64,000 nt of DNA from Podarcis bocagei (Eukaryota): the NCBI GenBank assembly GCA_964188305.1, contig OZ076889.1. One strand, given 5' to 3'. The notes under the pieces were generated by a model that saw only the letters and a program-made list of their open reading frames with translations, had not been told where the DNA came from and made no database searches. Within the stretch, counting starts at the first letter, position 1; every line of letters begins with the position of its first letter. The position numbers and the translations under genes were made by a program. Positions 1 through 11,906 of this stretch are shown piece by piece.

Positions 1-294
1 AAAGGCCATGGGAGGTGGCGGGGGGACCACTCTGAACCATGCAGGGTAAGTGCAGAGCCTGAGATCCCAGAAGGCAGCCCCAACCATTTCCCCCTTAGGG
101 GTGGGAGGAGACCAGCAGTGCCTCCTATTGCCAACACGCCACTTTGGAAGCGGCCTGGCAGAGGGCTGCTGAGGAGGCGGCAGATGCAGCCTCCAAGGAG
201 TGTGCTGCCGCCCCCCTCGGTGGATCCTGCCACCTGAGGTGGCTGCCTCACCTGGCCGCCCTGAATATTAGAACCCAGTTGCTGGGAATCACAA

Positions 295-410
295 GTGGGG
301 AGACGGCTGTTGCACACAGGCCTCCCATAGGTATCTGGTTGGCTCCTGTGAAAACAGATGCTGGACTAGGTGAGCCTTTGGTCTGATCCGGTAGAGCTCT
401 TATTATGTGT
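295..410 (+). mobile_element. Degenerate CR1/L3-type LINE 3' end (or SINE with CR1 tail)
   Basis: gatgctggactaggtgagcctttggtctgatccggtagagctcttattatgt resembles the common squamate CR1-type 3' terminus. Confidence 0.5.
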
Positions 411-520
411 TTAGAAAAGACACACAAGTAACATAGGCAACATACTTTTGTTTCTTGCTCCATTTTGTTTCTATAACCTTCATGTGCTTTCATATAATGG
501 CCTCAGCCTTAGCCTTAGAC

Positions 521-822
521 CAGGGGTCAGCAAGGTTTATCTTGCCTGGGCCAGATCGGTCCCACAGAGATCCCTCTCTGGGCCGGATTGTGAGCGCACG
601 CGCCCATGATTTTCGACGTCTGCACTTGTGCAGATGTGATTTTCGGTGTCTGCGCATGCACAGACGCAATTTTCAGCACCATGGAAGCGAGTCCCCACGC
701 TGCGCTGCACAGGTTTAGAGCAGCGCAAGAGCAGGCGGCTCAGTTCAGAGGCAGCTCTTGGGCCGGTCAAACAACCTCTGTGGGCCGCTTCCGGCCCATG
801 GGCCTTAGGTTGCTGACCCCTG
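521..822. mobile_element. hAT-superfamily MITE (302 bp)
   Basis: Perfect 13-bp TIRs caggggtcagcaa/ttgctgacccctg; perfect 8-bp TSD CCTTAGAC (513-520, 823-830); CpG-rich interior with ~30-bp subrepeats. Confidence 0.9.
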
Positions 823-1072
823 CCTTAGACTATCCAGGGCTTCTGCACTTTTATGCAGAAGAGAAAAATGCATTTCAGTAGATGTAGCTTACCATGCAAA
901 CTTACATTTAATTAAAGTTGATTAAAGTGAAGTATTGTGGAAGTAGGATCATCTTTTTCATCTTTCACCTGGCCACCTAGCAACCAAACAGCCAGCAGTC
1001 CAGAAGCTACTAGCTGAACTCAGATCAGATGCATTTAGCCTACCTAACTCAGATCAGATGCATTTAGCCTAC

Positions 1073-1625
1073 CTGTATTCTGCTCTGGTCAGACCTCACC
1101 TGGAGTACTGTGTCCAGTTCTGGGCACCACAATTCAAGAAGGACACTGACAAACTGGAACGTGTCCAGAGGAGGGCAACCAAAATGGTCAAAGGCCTGGA
1201 AACGATGCCTTATGAGGAACGGCTAAGGGAGCTGGGCATGTTTAGCCTGGAGAAGAGGAGGTTAAGGGGTGATATGATAGCCATGTTCAAATATATAAAA
1301 GGATGTCACATAGAGGAGGGAGAAAGGTTGTTTTCTGCTGCTCCAGAGAAGCGGACACGGAGCAATGGATCCAAACTACAAGAAAGAAGATTCCACCTAA
1401 ACATTAGGAAGAACTTCCTGACAGTAAGAGCTGTTCGACAGTGGAATTTGCTGCCAAGGAGTGTGGTGGAGTCTCCTACTTTGGAGGTCTTTAAGCAGAG
1501 GCTTGACAACCATATGTCAGGAGTGCTCTGATGGTGTTTCCTGCTTGGCAGGGGGTTGGACTCGATGGCCCTTGTGGTCTCTTCCAACTCTATGATTCTA
1601 TGATTCTATGATTCTATGATTCTAT
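1073..1625 (+). mobile_element. 5'-truncated young CR1 LINE (ORF2 C-terminus, 3'UTR and (ATTCTATG)n tail)
   Basis: Uninterrupted frame [19 protein letters not shown]...[11 protein letters not shown]...LEKRRLRGD (stop at 1531); diagnostic CR1 octamer tail at 1587-1625. Confidence 0.95.
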
Positions 1626-2035
1626 CAAACTAGATTGGTTTATTGTGCTCTGTTGTACTTAGGATGTTGAGTGATCCCCACTGCTATGTGTGCATAAGGT
1701 CTGACTGGGAGGATGTGAACCAGCCCTTTGCTTCCATCATTGTTTCTTTCTCTGACTGCCAGACCAGACCTTAGCAGGTTCGCTCATACCACAGAACACC
1801 GATCTAGAATGGTAAGGTGTTTATATTAGGCAGTCCTCTATCTGAAAGATGAAGAACCATAAAAAGGTAGAGCAGGGACACTGAAGTTGCCCATGGACAT
1901 TAGCACCTAATGTCAGCAGACTAAGCAGGCACCCAGGTGACTTGGTCAAATTCTTCTCTGCTATAGCAAAATGTATTACATTTTAATTCAAATTATAGCA
2001 ATTATTTATAAAATGTCCATCTCTACCTGTAAAGT

Positions 2036-2037
<2 letters not shown>

Positions 2038-2087
<50 letters not shown>
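2038..2087. repeat. (GT)n microsatellite
   Basis: Direct reading, ~25 units. Confidence 0.98.
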
Positions 2088-2089
<2 letters not shown>

Positions 2090-2784
2090 TTCTTTTAGGT
2101 GATTCATTTGCTTTTTTCAGTGATGTGTATGTGGCTGCCATACATTCCTCTATACCTATCTGTCAACAGAAGCTATTTAGATTCTATTTGCCTTTCTTTC
2201 CCGTGTTGCTTCTGGACCAAAGGTGAGATGTCAGTGCCCTGGACAGAACAGTTCCTAGTTGCAAGATAGAGAATCTGCAGTACAGTATGGGAGCTAGTTC
2301 AAGTTTGGTGGCACCTTTTTCATGCTGTCCCTCTGTTGCAACTCCTGCTTTCCAGAATTTGTCAGCTGTGGCTGTAAAGTTGAGTATAACAACAGACCTA
2401 GTTAAAGAAAGGTTGCTAGGCTATGTGATGACTCAAACCTGAGCTGGCAGAACAGGTCTTGGGCTGGTACCGCTCACTTGCCCATGCATGTGAGGGAGCA
2501 GTGAGTGGCCCCAATCCCTGCCTCTCCCAGGACCTGAGCTACCTTTAACTTCCCTTTCTCCTTTCCTGCATGAAACCCTAGCGCTTGGGCTAGGTCTGGG
2601 CCAGACCATCTAAGTCAAGCAGACCATGATCCCTAGTGGGCTCAGGGGGAAAACCCATGTCCATGATTACCTGGATCTGATGCCTTCAAAGCAATGTGAT
2701 GAATGAGATACGTTCTAACAGCTTTCAACATATAGCCAACTTCCAGGAACTGCTATATTTTTCCAGAGTTGCACAGAGGTGATC

Positions 2785-2887
2785 AAGCACTAGTAACTAT
2801 GTAATTCTAAACATGCCTACTCAAGAATAAACCACACTGAGTTCAATGGGACTGACTCTAACATAATTGTGTTTAGGATTGCAGCCA
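2785..2887. mobile_element. Old short palindromic MITE-like repeat (related copies near 34140, 48060, 49545 and 55738-56070)
   Basis: attctaaacatg...ctgagttcaatgggact...gtttaggattgcagcc pattern recurs in degenerate form. Confidence 0.45.
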
Positions 2888-3195
2888 AAGAGATCAACTG
2901 CAGTTCAGATTGGAATTTAGAGCCAAACAGAACAAAATGTATATAGAATTCTAAAATTACTTCAGTGGTTAGACTTTGAACATTCACAATTTAAGAAAGT
3001 GGCCAGAAAAAGTACAAAATGCCTGGTCTAGTTTTACTGATTTTGCTGCCAGTGTGGTTTAGAAGTGGGAAATGTTATATTGATGTTAATATGTAGTTAA
3101 CAGACGGATAGTGTACCAAGGGGTCGAAATCAGGGAAAGAAGAAAAACCTATTATTTGAATTTTCAGTTGTTGGCAAGTTTGTCTCTGCCAGTTA

Positions 3196-3452
3196 GAGAG
3201 CCAGTGTGGTGTAGTGGTTAAGAGCTGTAGTCTTGCAATCTGGGGGAACCGGGTTCGCGTCTCCGCTCCTCCACATGCAGCTGCTGGGTGACCTTGGGCC
3301 AGTCACACTTCTCTGAAGTCTCTCAGCCCCACTCACCCCACAGAGTGTTTGTTGTGGGGGAGGAAGGGAAAGGAGAATGTTAGCCGCTTTGAGACTCCTT
3401 AGGGTAGTGATAAAGCGGGATATCAAATCCAAACTCCTCCTCTTCTTCTTCT
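3196..3452 (+). mobile_element. Squam3-like tRNA-derived CORE SINE
   Basis: Head gagagccagtgtggtgtagtggttaagag (box A), gggttcg (box B), CORE-like gggtgaccttgggccagtcac, (CTT)n tail. Confidence 0.85.
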
Positions 3453-4058
3453 TTTTAGAAATCTCAACTTCTTCATACCAATTTCTCTACCCTGCCAGTT
3501 ACGTAACAGAACCCAATGCAAGTTCACACTATTGTCTAACATGGACCTATTGAACTGGACCACATACAAATCATAGATCATTATCAGTTATTAATATCTG
3601 CAGTCCCAGCAACTACCTAGCTGGTTGCTACAGTCTTATTCAATGTCTGGTGTACCCAGTCCCTTAGAAAAATAAATGAACAACAACTCATACGGAGGGC
3701 TCTCTCCTTTTTCTTCACGCTGGTCTCAGACTTGGTTTGCTTATGCAATGCTCTTTTCCATATTCCCTTGTCTCTACTGAAATGTATTTCATACTCGGAT
3801 ACATTTGTTGTCTTTGACAGCAGCACTCATGCACAGTCAGACCAGGAAACTGGAACAAGAATGACCAGATTGTATCTTAAAACTGGTTATTTTCCAATTA
3901 GAAAGCAAGACCCAGTAATTAACTCAGAGAGAAATTAACCTAAGGATGGAAATTAGGCTCCTGCTACAAAACATACATCAGATAGTCAACATGTAGGAAC
4001 ATAGAACAGATGTTTCTGTATAAGTAGGACTATAGAACAGAAGTTTCTCTAGGTTCTA

Positions 4059-4482
4059 CTAGTGGGGAGTGCCCTGTGCTGCCCAGGAATTTGTAGAAAC
4101 AGGGAAAAATGGTCTGGTTTTTAAACAGATAGTGTAATTTGTGAGTTTGGACCATCTTGGGAGTTTCCACCATCTTGATTCAAAATGGTGTCTGGCATCC
4201 AAATGTTGATGAAGTTCCCCACCCCTCACCTTGGAAACCTTTGTTGTGCCAAGTTTGGTAATGATATCTCAAGAGGCAGCCAAACCTATGCCAAAAAACG
4301 AGCAGTCACACCAAAGTGATAGTTCATTCTATCTTGTTCCAAAATGGTGCCTGGGATCCCAACATCAATGAAAACTGCCTCCCCCACCTCAGGAAGCCTT
4401 GTGCTGAGTTTGGCAACGGTGGTCAAACCTACAGAGAACAGATGGACAGACAGAAGAACCACTTTCCAATATTTATAATACA
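4059..4482 (-). mobile_element. Probable old non-autonomous Helitron-like element with two internal ~150-bp subrepeats
   Basis: ACTAG (CTAG|T on the minus strand) with GC-rich subterminal sequence at 4058; duplicated caaaatggtg...agtttgg unit; GACA microsatellite followed by tttataata at the other end. Confidence 0.45.
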
Positions 4483-4557
4483 TTATTTATTTCTGTACAC
4501 TACCTAGGTATTCCCTGAATGTTTATAAGTTCTGAAATAAGTAAAATGAATGAATGA

Positions 4558-5614
4558 GGCGTGCGTGCCAGGACTTAAAAAGCCAGAACCGGAGGCAGCG
4601 CTTCAGGGAATCATGCGGCTGCATGCCAGCAGTCAAGATGGCAGAAGCAGCAGCAGCACTGGCCCCGACGACATCCGTGGAAGTGCAGCTCCCAGTTCCC
4701 TGCCCTCACCTGGCTCAGAGCTTCTCCAGCAGGGTGGGCAAGTGGGACAAGGACCTGGTGGCCCCAGGGGACACCATCACCACTGACCCAGGATACATGA
4801 GAGGCCACGGAACATACCTGGGAGAAGATAAGCTCGTTGCCTCTGTGGCTGGTGTTGTGGACAGCGTGAACAAGCTGGTCTGTGTGAAAACTTTGAAAAC
4901 GAGATACAGTGGCAAAGTTAGTGATATTGTGGGACGAATCACAGAGGTTCAGCAGAAACAGTGGAAAGTCGAGACCAATTCCAGGCTAGATTCTGCCTTG
5001 CTCCATTCATCCATGAATCTTCCAGGAGGGGAGCTGAGGCAGAGATCAGTAGAGGATGAACTGGCAATGTGAGATTACCTGCAGGAAGGGGACCTTATCG
5101 GTGCAGAAGTCCAAGCGGTGTTCAAGGACCTTCTCAAGCCAGAGGTGATGGAGAAGATTGTGCTGAAGACGCGTCAGAGACTACTGGAACTGGAGGGGTG
5201 ATTGGAGAGGGAAAGTGGTGAGGCAGTGATGGTCCTTTCCTTTCAGGGATCTAGCCTCCCCAAGGTTCTTTTTTCCAGTGTGAGATTTCATTACAGATCC
5301 CATGCCGAATAGAAAAAGGGGGACTGTGGAAGCGATGAGAACTTTTGCTTTAATAATCTTGGTATCCTTTGTTATCCTGTGGCCCTCCCAATGAGGCTGG
5401 ACTACAGTTCACACACCCCCAACCACCAGCTGTACTACCTGCAGGGGCTGATAAGTTGGGTTGCAGCAGGATAGGAGTCCAACAGCTTCTCAATGGCTAC
5501 TGCTTTCTCAGCCCCTGACCTAGCACCACATTCCTCTACATGTAGTCAGCATTGTAAAAAGCATCTATGATACAGTGGATGCTTCAAGCTATGTGTGTGC
5601 ATGCAGGAGGAATT

Positions 5615-5669
<55 letters not shown>

Positions 5670-5718
5670 ACTGGCGATATTTCAATAAACTTTAGTTGTT
5701 AAAAAATAATAATGAATG
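4558..5718 (+). pseudogene. EXOSC2: Processed pseudogene of exosome component 2 (RRP4)
   Basis: Intronless; ATG at 4638; PGDTITTDPGYMRGHGTY, VGRITEVQQKQWKVETNSRLDS, MNLPGGELR; premature TGA 5070-5072; in-frame junction AEVQAVF|KDLLKPE at 5123/5124; natural stop 5199-5201; AATAAA 5684-5689; short A tail; flanking repeat aatgaatgaatga at 4545-4557 and 5719-5731. Confidence 0.95.
5613..5669. repeat. (TTTC)n microsatellite in the retrocopy 3'UTR
   Basis: Direct reading. Confidence 0.95.
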
Positions 5719-7015
5719 AATGAATGAATGACGTAAGGATAAAGATATCCCAGATGGGGATAACTTATAGGATTGACCTGCTATGGGGTGGTGGTGGTGC
5801 ATCAGATTAACCCATCTCATCTGTCTCTTTTCAGCCACTATTTTCATTCTTTTCAGTGCTTTCATGTTCTGAACTCCAGGGCCTGGGCAGGCCTAGGCAG
5901 GCTGGGTCATCCTCTTATATACCTGCTGGGATTGACAAGGCATCTGACTCTCACCTGAATCTCATAGCTCTCCTGTAGCTGCCTCTGATTAGTTATCATT
6001 AACTCTTTGGGGGAAATAATTAGCATCATACGTCACGTGCATGGAAGTTGCCAAACCATAACCAACTAGAAGGATTACTGTTAATAGCACCAGTTTTCAT
6101 ATAACTTGATATTGCTGGATAGTTTTGATGCAAAAGCATTTTTAGTTTGCTGTTGGGAACTTCAAGGTCCCTGCTCTCCCTACTTATGCTCTTTGTACTG
6201 GACCTGGAGACTCCAACAGAGAGCATTCCATGTCAAGAAAAAGGGCAAGCGGGCACTCTATCAAATGACAGGGCAGGAGTTACACGGAGCAGGGCCTTTT
6301 CACTGGTGGTGCCCATTGTATGCCTCGCTCTTCCCAGACCAGCTCTCTTTTGGCCTGTATTTTGGAGCTTTATAATTTAGGAAGACTTTGGAAGAACTGG
6401 TTGACAAGTCTTATCAGTTGCTGACGTATGAGCGGATTTTATTTGCTGCTATTCTGTGCTTCTGGTGCTCCAGGGTTTACACCAGCATAATAGAGTTGGT
6501 CAGGATGCCAGAAGGGATACAATTTATGAGCTTTCTCCATTATCTGCACAGCAGGGGGTGTTCAGTCCACAGTGCAAAGGCTGAGCTGAAGCATTCCCTG
6601 CTGGTTACATGCTTTCAGCAATAGGGGGGGCGCTGTTGGTGGTACCCAGTTGGTTAGCTGTCAGATTCTAGAGCTCCCTATTGGTGGCTCTTATGTAATT
6701 CACAAAATACAAAGTCCATTAATAAAACACAGTGTTCATTCATAAAGCAGTAACATTGCTACATATTGGGTGTATATTTCAGTGGTCGAACGTACAAGTT
6801 TATGGCCATGCTGTAGTGTAGTGCTTATGTGACTGTGAATAAAAGGTGGCTGGGCTCATTGTCTCAGGGTTTGGGGGGGAAGAGGTGACAAAACAGATTT
6901 CCAATAAGTGCCCCCCTTTATTTCCATAACAAGTCCTTGAGTCTGTACTCTGAATGGTGACACCAGGAACCTAGAAGGTGCAGGGCTTGTCAGTTCAACC
7001 CCTGCACAGTCTCAT

Positions 7016-7219
7016 CAGGGCTGACCTTAAGGCAATTGGAGCAATTGGGCCAAATTGGGCCCCGCAGACCCCTCCTAAGGGGGCCCCTGCACCAGGGCAA
7101 TCTAGATGGATTTTATTTATATCTATAAGATTTTGCAGACTTTGGCTGTGAACTGGGGCCCTAAAAAATATTTAAGTTGCGCCCCACTGCTTTAAATTGG
7201 GCCCCATTGGCTAGCCCTG
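7016..7219. mobile_element. hAT-type MITE (204 bp)
   Basis: Ends cagggct/agccctg; 8-bp TSD agtctcat/agtctaat (7 of 8 match). Confidence 0.75.
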
Positions 7220-7239
7220 AGTCTAATAGTTGCTGGGCC

Positions 7240-7590
7240 TGAGTTGCCCTGCCCTTGTATGAAGTCTTGGGTTTACAATTTTGGGAGAGGGGAGACTGCA
7301 GGCTGGTGAGGCCCCCTAGATTTAGAGGCCCGAGTTGTCCTGCCTTCACATGAAGTCTTGGGTTTGCAATTTTGGGAGAGGGGAGACTGCCCACTGGGGA
7401 GCGGGAGGGCTGGTGACGCCCCCTAGATTTAGAGGCCCAAGTTGTCCTGCCCTCACATGAAGTATTGGGTTTGCAGTTTTGGGAGAGGGGAGACTGCCCA
7501 CTGGGGAGCGGGAGGGCTGGCAAGGCCCCCTAGATTTAGAGGCCCTAGGCTTCAGTCTACTGTACTTAGCCTATACATAAATCCGGCACT
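7240..7590. repeat. Three-unit ~90-108-bp minisatellite ending in a hAT-like terminus (aatccggcactg)
   Basis: Units at 7240, 7331 and 7439, each ending ccccctagatttagaggccc. Confidence 0.8.
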
Positions 7591-7971
7591 GGTGTCTGCT
7601 ACAGCCAGAACCATCCTCTCAGAGGTAAAAAGTAGTCAGTACAAATTAGTTGGGGTAAACTGTTGAGGCTTGGCGTGCAGTTTCAGCCCTTTTCTCAGGG
7701 TCTCCAGGGAAAGGAATAAAAGCTCTTTGAGTTTCACAAACAGAGAATGTGTGAGTCATAGGGCTTTTAGACTTGCCCTCCCTGCATTCATTGCTCAGAG
7801 GCAATTTTCATGGCACTGCCTGCACACAAAATGTAAGAAACCCCAATGGAGAAAATAAAGGTAGGAGGTGCTAATGGAGCCCCCTCCCTTTGTGCCCCTT
7901 AGTTTTTAAATGTATTTTTCTCCTCATAGTGTCATTATCACACAGACTCTGGGCCAGATTCAACTAGTGTG

Positions 7972-8037
7972 AACCAATGTGGTGTAGTGGTTGGAGTGTC
8001 GGACTAAGACCTGGGAGATCCAGGTTCAAAACTCCAC
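7972..8037 (+). mobile_element. tRNA-derived SINE head fragment
   Basis: tggtgtagtgg (box A) and ggttcaaa (box B), with no body. Confidence 0.6.
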
Positions 8038-8942
8038 TACTACTTCATCACCTACTACTTCCTCAATGCTTTCATTTCTTTTCTGACCCTGCTCATAACT
8101 ATTACCAGTGTGCTGCTGAGCAGAGGAGCATAGGCTTATATATATATATATCGGTCCCTCAATTTTGCACAAAACCAGAAAACTGTACAAGAAAAGCACA
8201 TTTAAAAATTGTGCACCAGATACAGTACTGCACAGCAGTCTGAAAAGTGTGTGTTGAGATTTTACAATTGCTTTTATTTATTTTCATTCGTAACTACTTC
8301 CGACATGCGCTTGAATGGAGGAGAGTAGCTTTATAAGTGCATTGAATTGACGATTGCCAGACTGTGTGCTTTTGCGTACTTTCTGGGCACTTTCACTTTC
8401 ACTTCCTGTGACTTTTTAAAAAAACCAAGGTGTACATGCCCTGTCATTACTAAATCAGTTTAATAGAACCGGCAGGCAAGAACAAGTGCAAAAGGGAATG
8501 CCTACTGGTATGAATGGGAAAGACCAAAGTTGCTCTTCATATACAAATTTAAATATTTGGAGGGGGGAGTGGATTCACAGCTAATTAATGCTCAGCTGTG
8601 GAGTGGGCAGGCCCTCTGATGACTGATTTGGCCTCTTTGACTGATTTGTCTTTTTATTTATCACTGTTTGTATCTTTTTTCAGTTGACCACTGACTTGTT
8701 TCTATTTGGTTTTATTTTTGATATATTTTATGTGCCATTTTGTATCCATCTTGTTGTAAATGGCCTTGTGTTAGATGTTCTTATGGAAAGGCAAGATGTA
8801 TAATGTAAGGAAGGCTGCTTCTGTAATGCTCTCATAGTTGACAAATATATTTCTTCTCCCATTTGTGGCAGGGCAATACAGTGCTACATTCCACCTGAGA
8901 ACTACTGATTGGGTTAGGGGTGGCTTTGCTCATGTATGTACA

Positions 8943-9078
8943 ACAGAAGGGCCTAACCTGTGGGCCTCCAGATGTTGCTGAACTACAGCTCCCAACAACC
9001 CCTAGAACATTGGCCATGCTGCCTGTGGATGATGGGAGTTTGACAACTTCTAGAAGGCCATTATTAGCCACCTGTGCC
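8943..9078. mobile_element. Palindromic hAT/URR1-like MITE family (other degenerate copies near 13210, 14710, 18222, 20600, 23265, 35735, 37716)
   Basis: Internal inverted repeat actacagctccca...tgggagttg(tagt) with ccagatgttg/caacatctgg arms. Confidence 0.65.
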
Positions 9079-9814
9079 ATACAGATTACTATCCAATTAG
9101 CCTTATAAGGACTTCTTCCCTTTTCAATAATTGCTTCATCCTTTCTTTAGGCCTGTTGAACTTGTTTACTGTTGATTAAATGTCCTAGATAGATAATGTG
9201 GTTCCCTCTGTTCTGACATCATTGGCTCCCATGTCTCTGGCACAGAGGAGACATTTGATCTCATTTGGCATAAGGAGCCCTTTCCATCACCTGTCCTAAC
9301 CAACGATTGCTTCACATGCCCCTTCAGATGGAGCTTGTCAATACTTCTACCAGCACTGTGCTTAGGTTTGCCTCTTTTCCCAGGGAAAACCCGCTCTTCA
9401 GTGCTGAATTGGAGCTCGTGTCCATCAGGAGAAAACCTGAATTTCTGTTTGCTCCGATTGAGCACTAAACAGTGGTTTTCCCTGGCGGAACGCAGTGGGG
9501 CAAAGCAGCAGGACAAGAGGAAGTGTGGATAAGCCCATGCTTGAAAAAGACTTGTTCTGATGCAGCTCAGATGCTCTTCTTTGAAACATAGTCACATTGC
9601 CAACTCCTTACCATCTCCTTCTCTTAGACAACAGAGCCCACTGCACACTTTGACAAAACACATGCACATCTACACATGCACATCGTTCTGTTTCTCTAAG
9701 AGTTGCTTGCAGTTAGTAATGGAGTCAAGAGGCTACTGCATTTGAAAAGGACGCAAGCTATCAGGACACTAGCTATTAATCACAATAATTGCTCTGAACC
9801 CTGGAACCATTCCG

Positions 9815-9998
9815 AGTGTCCCTTTAACTCCATTTCCTAGTTGACCAATGCTTGGAACTACTGATGGATCTTCCAGTGATCTAAATCAATTTCAGAACAA
9901 CCTACCATGTTGGGCAGATTCCTGCATCTCAGGGGACTGGACTTGATGACCTTCATGGTCCCTTCCAACTCTATAGTTCTATGATTTCATGATTCTAC
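9815..9998 (+). mobile_element. Degenerate CR1 3' end
   Basis: ggacttgatgaccttcatggtcccttccaactctatagttctatgatt. Confidence 0.75.
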
Positions 9999-11094
9999 CA
10001 TTGGTGAATGGAGTGAACTAAGAACTGGTTGGAGCAATTGTAGTTCCAGCAGATGTCTTTATGGAAATCAAAGCAGCAAGATACCTAGAGAAGAAAAAGG
10101 CCACAGCATTTTGCTGTGTGCATACTTGTAGCTTTTCCACACAATCAGAAAACAGCACAATAAAGTTGTTTTGCACAGTCTGTATATCTGCCCCATGGTG
10201 GTGCTTTTGTTATTCATTCATATATATTTATTTATTTAAAAGATTTATTTCTTTTAAACAATTTTTTGAGAATTGTTGTGGCAGATCATAAAATAGTAAA
10301 ATACATATAAAGTAACAGATGCCAAACACAAAGCAAAAACAGAAATGGGCAGATAGTGCAATAGCTGATAAAATTACAGATAAGACTAAGTAATAGCATC
10401 TAATTAAACATTACCCAAGCATTCATGCCCTTAGCATGTCATATCCCTCTAGGCAACTTCATTTTGTCAACTTTCCAAATAAATCTATACTCCAAAACCT
10501 TTTATACCAGTATTTTTTTGACAACTGCTTCTGAATCTTCCAAAATTGACCTTCATTAGTTTTGCTACCATTAAAAGTGGCTTATCAACACTTTAGTTTT
10601 CAAATTCTTATTGCAACTGGAGAAGAACTTTTTAAAAATTCTTCAGAGGTTGTGAATGCGTTTGTTATACAACTCCTGTGCTCATATAATCTTTTAAGTG
10701 GCGAGTGCTAAAAAGTATCCCTTCGCTTTTGCAGCAATGTCCCTACTCCCAATTTTGTGAAAGTTTTGTTTATATACTTTGTTTGCCCTGAACAATCTTT
10801 TGGAGGTGTCTCATTCCCTTTCTACCTCATTGGAGAGAGATCAAGACTGCTTCCATTCTAGGCATTTAGTGTGGAATTGCCATGCTCAGTTCACTCATTT
10901 TTTACATCTATACTATTTTTCCTTGGCCTCTTCCATCTTTTCGCAGATTACAGAAAGTTTGAGTTTGCCCCCCAGAAGCGCAGAAAACTAGTGCAATCTC
11001 CCATAGCATACCGTAACTCTTCCACCTTTTTAAATGGGTGGAGTTTCTACATGGCCAGTTGAGTATCAAGTAAATGAACCTATCACAGCTCAGA

Positions 11095-11880
11095 AACATT
11101 AATTCCAGTCTGGCTTCAAGCCTGGTCATGACACTAAAACTGCCTTGGTCACCCTGACTGATGACATTTTTCAGGAGCAGATGACATTTATGGTGGGGGG
11201 GGGGGCACAGTGGGACTCTATTTGTTCTCAGTCTTTTGGCAGGTTTCCTTCTGGAGTGTAACTAGGGGTTGGGGGCACTGTGTTTCAGTGGTTCCACTCC
11301 TACCTTTAGGGTCATTTCCGGAAAGCAGTTGTGGGAGACTACTGTTCTGTGCCATGGGAGTTGTCCTATGTTGTCCCACAGGGCTTCATCTTGTCCCCCA
11401 TGCTAGTTAACATTTATATGAAGCCTCTGTGAACTATAATCAGGAGATTTGAAGTGTCAGCAATGTACTGGTGACATCTGGCTCTATCTCTGTGTTTCAT
11501 CTGAATCAGGAGAGGCAGCAGAGACGTTAGACCAGTGCTTGGAGGCGGTGATGGGCAGGATGTGGGCCAATGAACTGAAGTTGAATCCAGAAAAGGCAGG
11601 TGTTATGTGTCCCAAGTTCTCATTTCTGGGAGGTGGGGAAATGGCCTGTCCTGGATGGAGCAGGTCTGCAGCTTGGGCGTGCTCCTGGATTCAACACTGT
11701 CACTGGAGGCTCACATGCTAGGATTGCCTTTTTCCAGCTGTAGATGGTTCACCAGCCACAGCCCCTTTTGGACAGAAATGACTTGGTCCCTCTACTCCAT
11801 GCTCTGATAACTTCCAGCTTGGATTATTGCAATGGGCTATATGTGGGTCTGCCCTTGAAAACAGTTTAGAGACTGCAGTA
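11095..11880 (+). mobile_element. Decayed L2-clade LINE reverse transcriptase fragment
   Basis: QSGFKPGH..TALV.L.DD motif, LFNIYMKPL-like motif, LKLNPEK, LGVLLDS, RLDYCN remnants with frameshifts. Confidence 0.8.
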
Positions 11881-11906
11881 GCCACTTTGGCTGAAGCTCT
11901 AGTTAG

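Noticed and set aside
3196-3270. tRNA gene (also 7972-8037 and the PBS at 24289)
   Set aside because: Box A/B belong to SINE heads, and the PBS is only the 18-nt antisense of a tRNA end; no full cloverleaf.
4554-5072. 172-aa ORF as a functional EXOSC2 gene or retrogene
   Set aside because: It is intronless, has a CGA>TGA stop and a lost codon, has substitutions at conserved sites and lacks the KH domain.
7240-7545. CRISPR-like array (also considered for 24515-24575 and 50330-50470)
   Set aside because: These are tandem units without unique spacers, in a vertebrate context with no cas genes.
10400-11060. Old minus-strand L1-like fragment
   Set aside because: Composition is suggestive, but I could not read a convincing protein motif.
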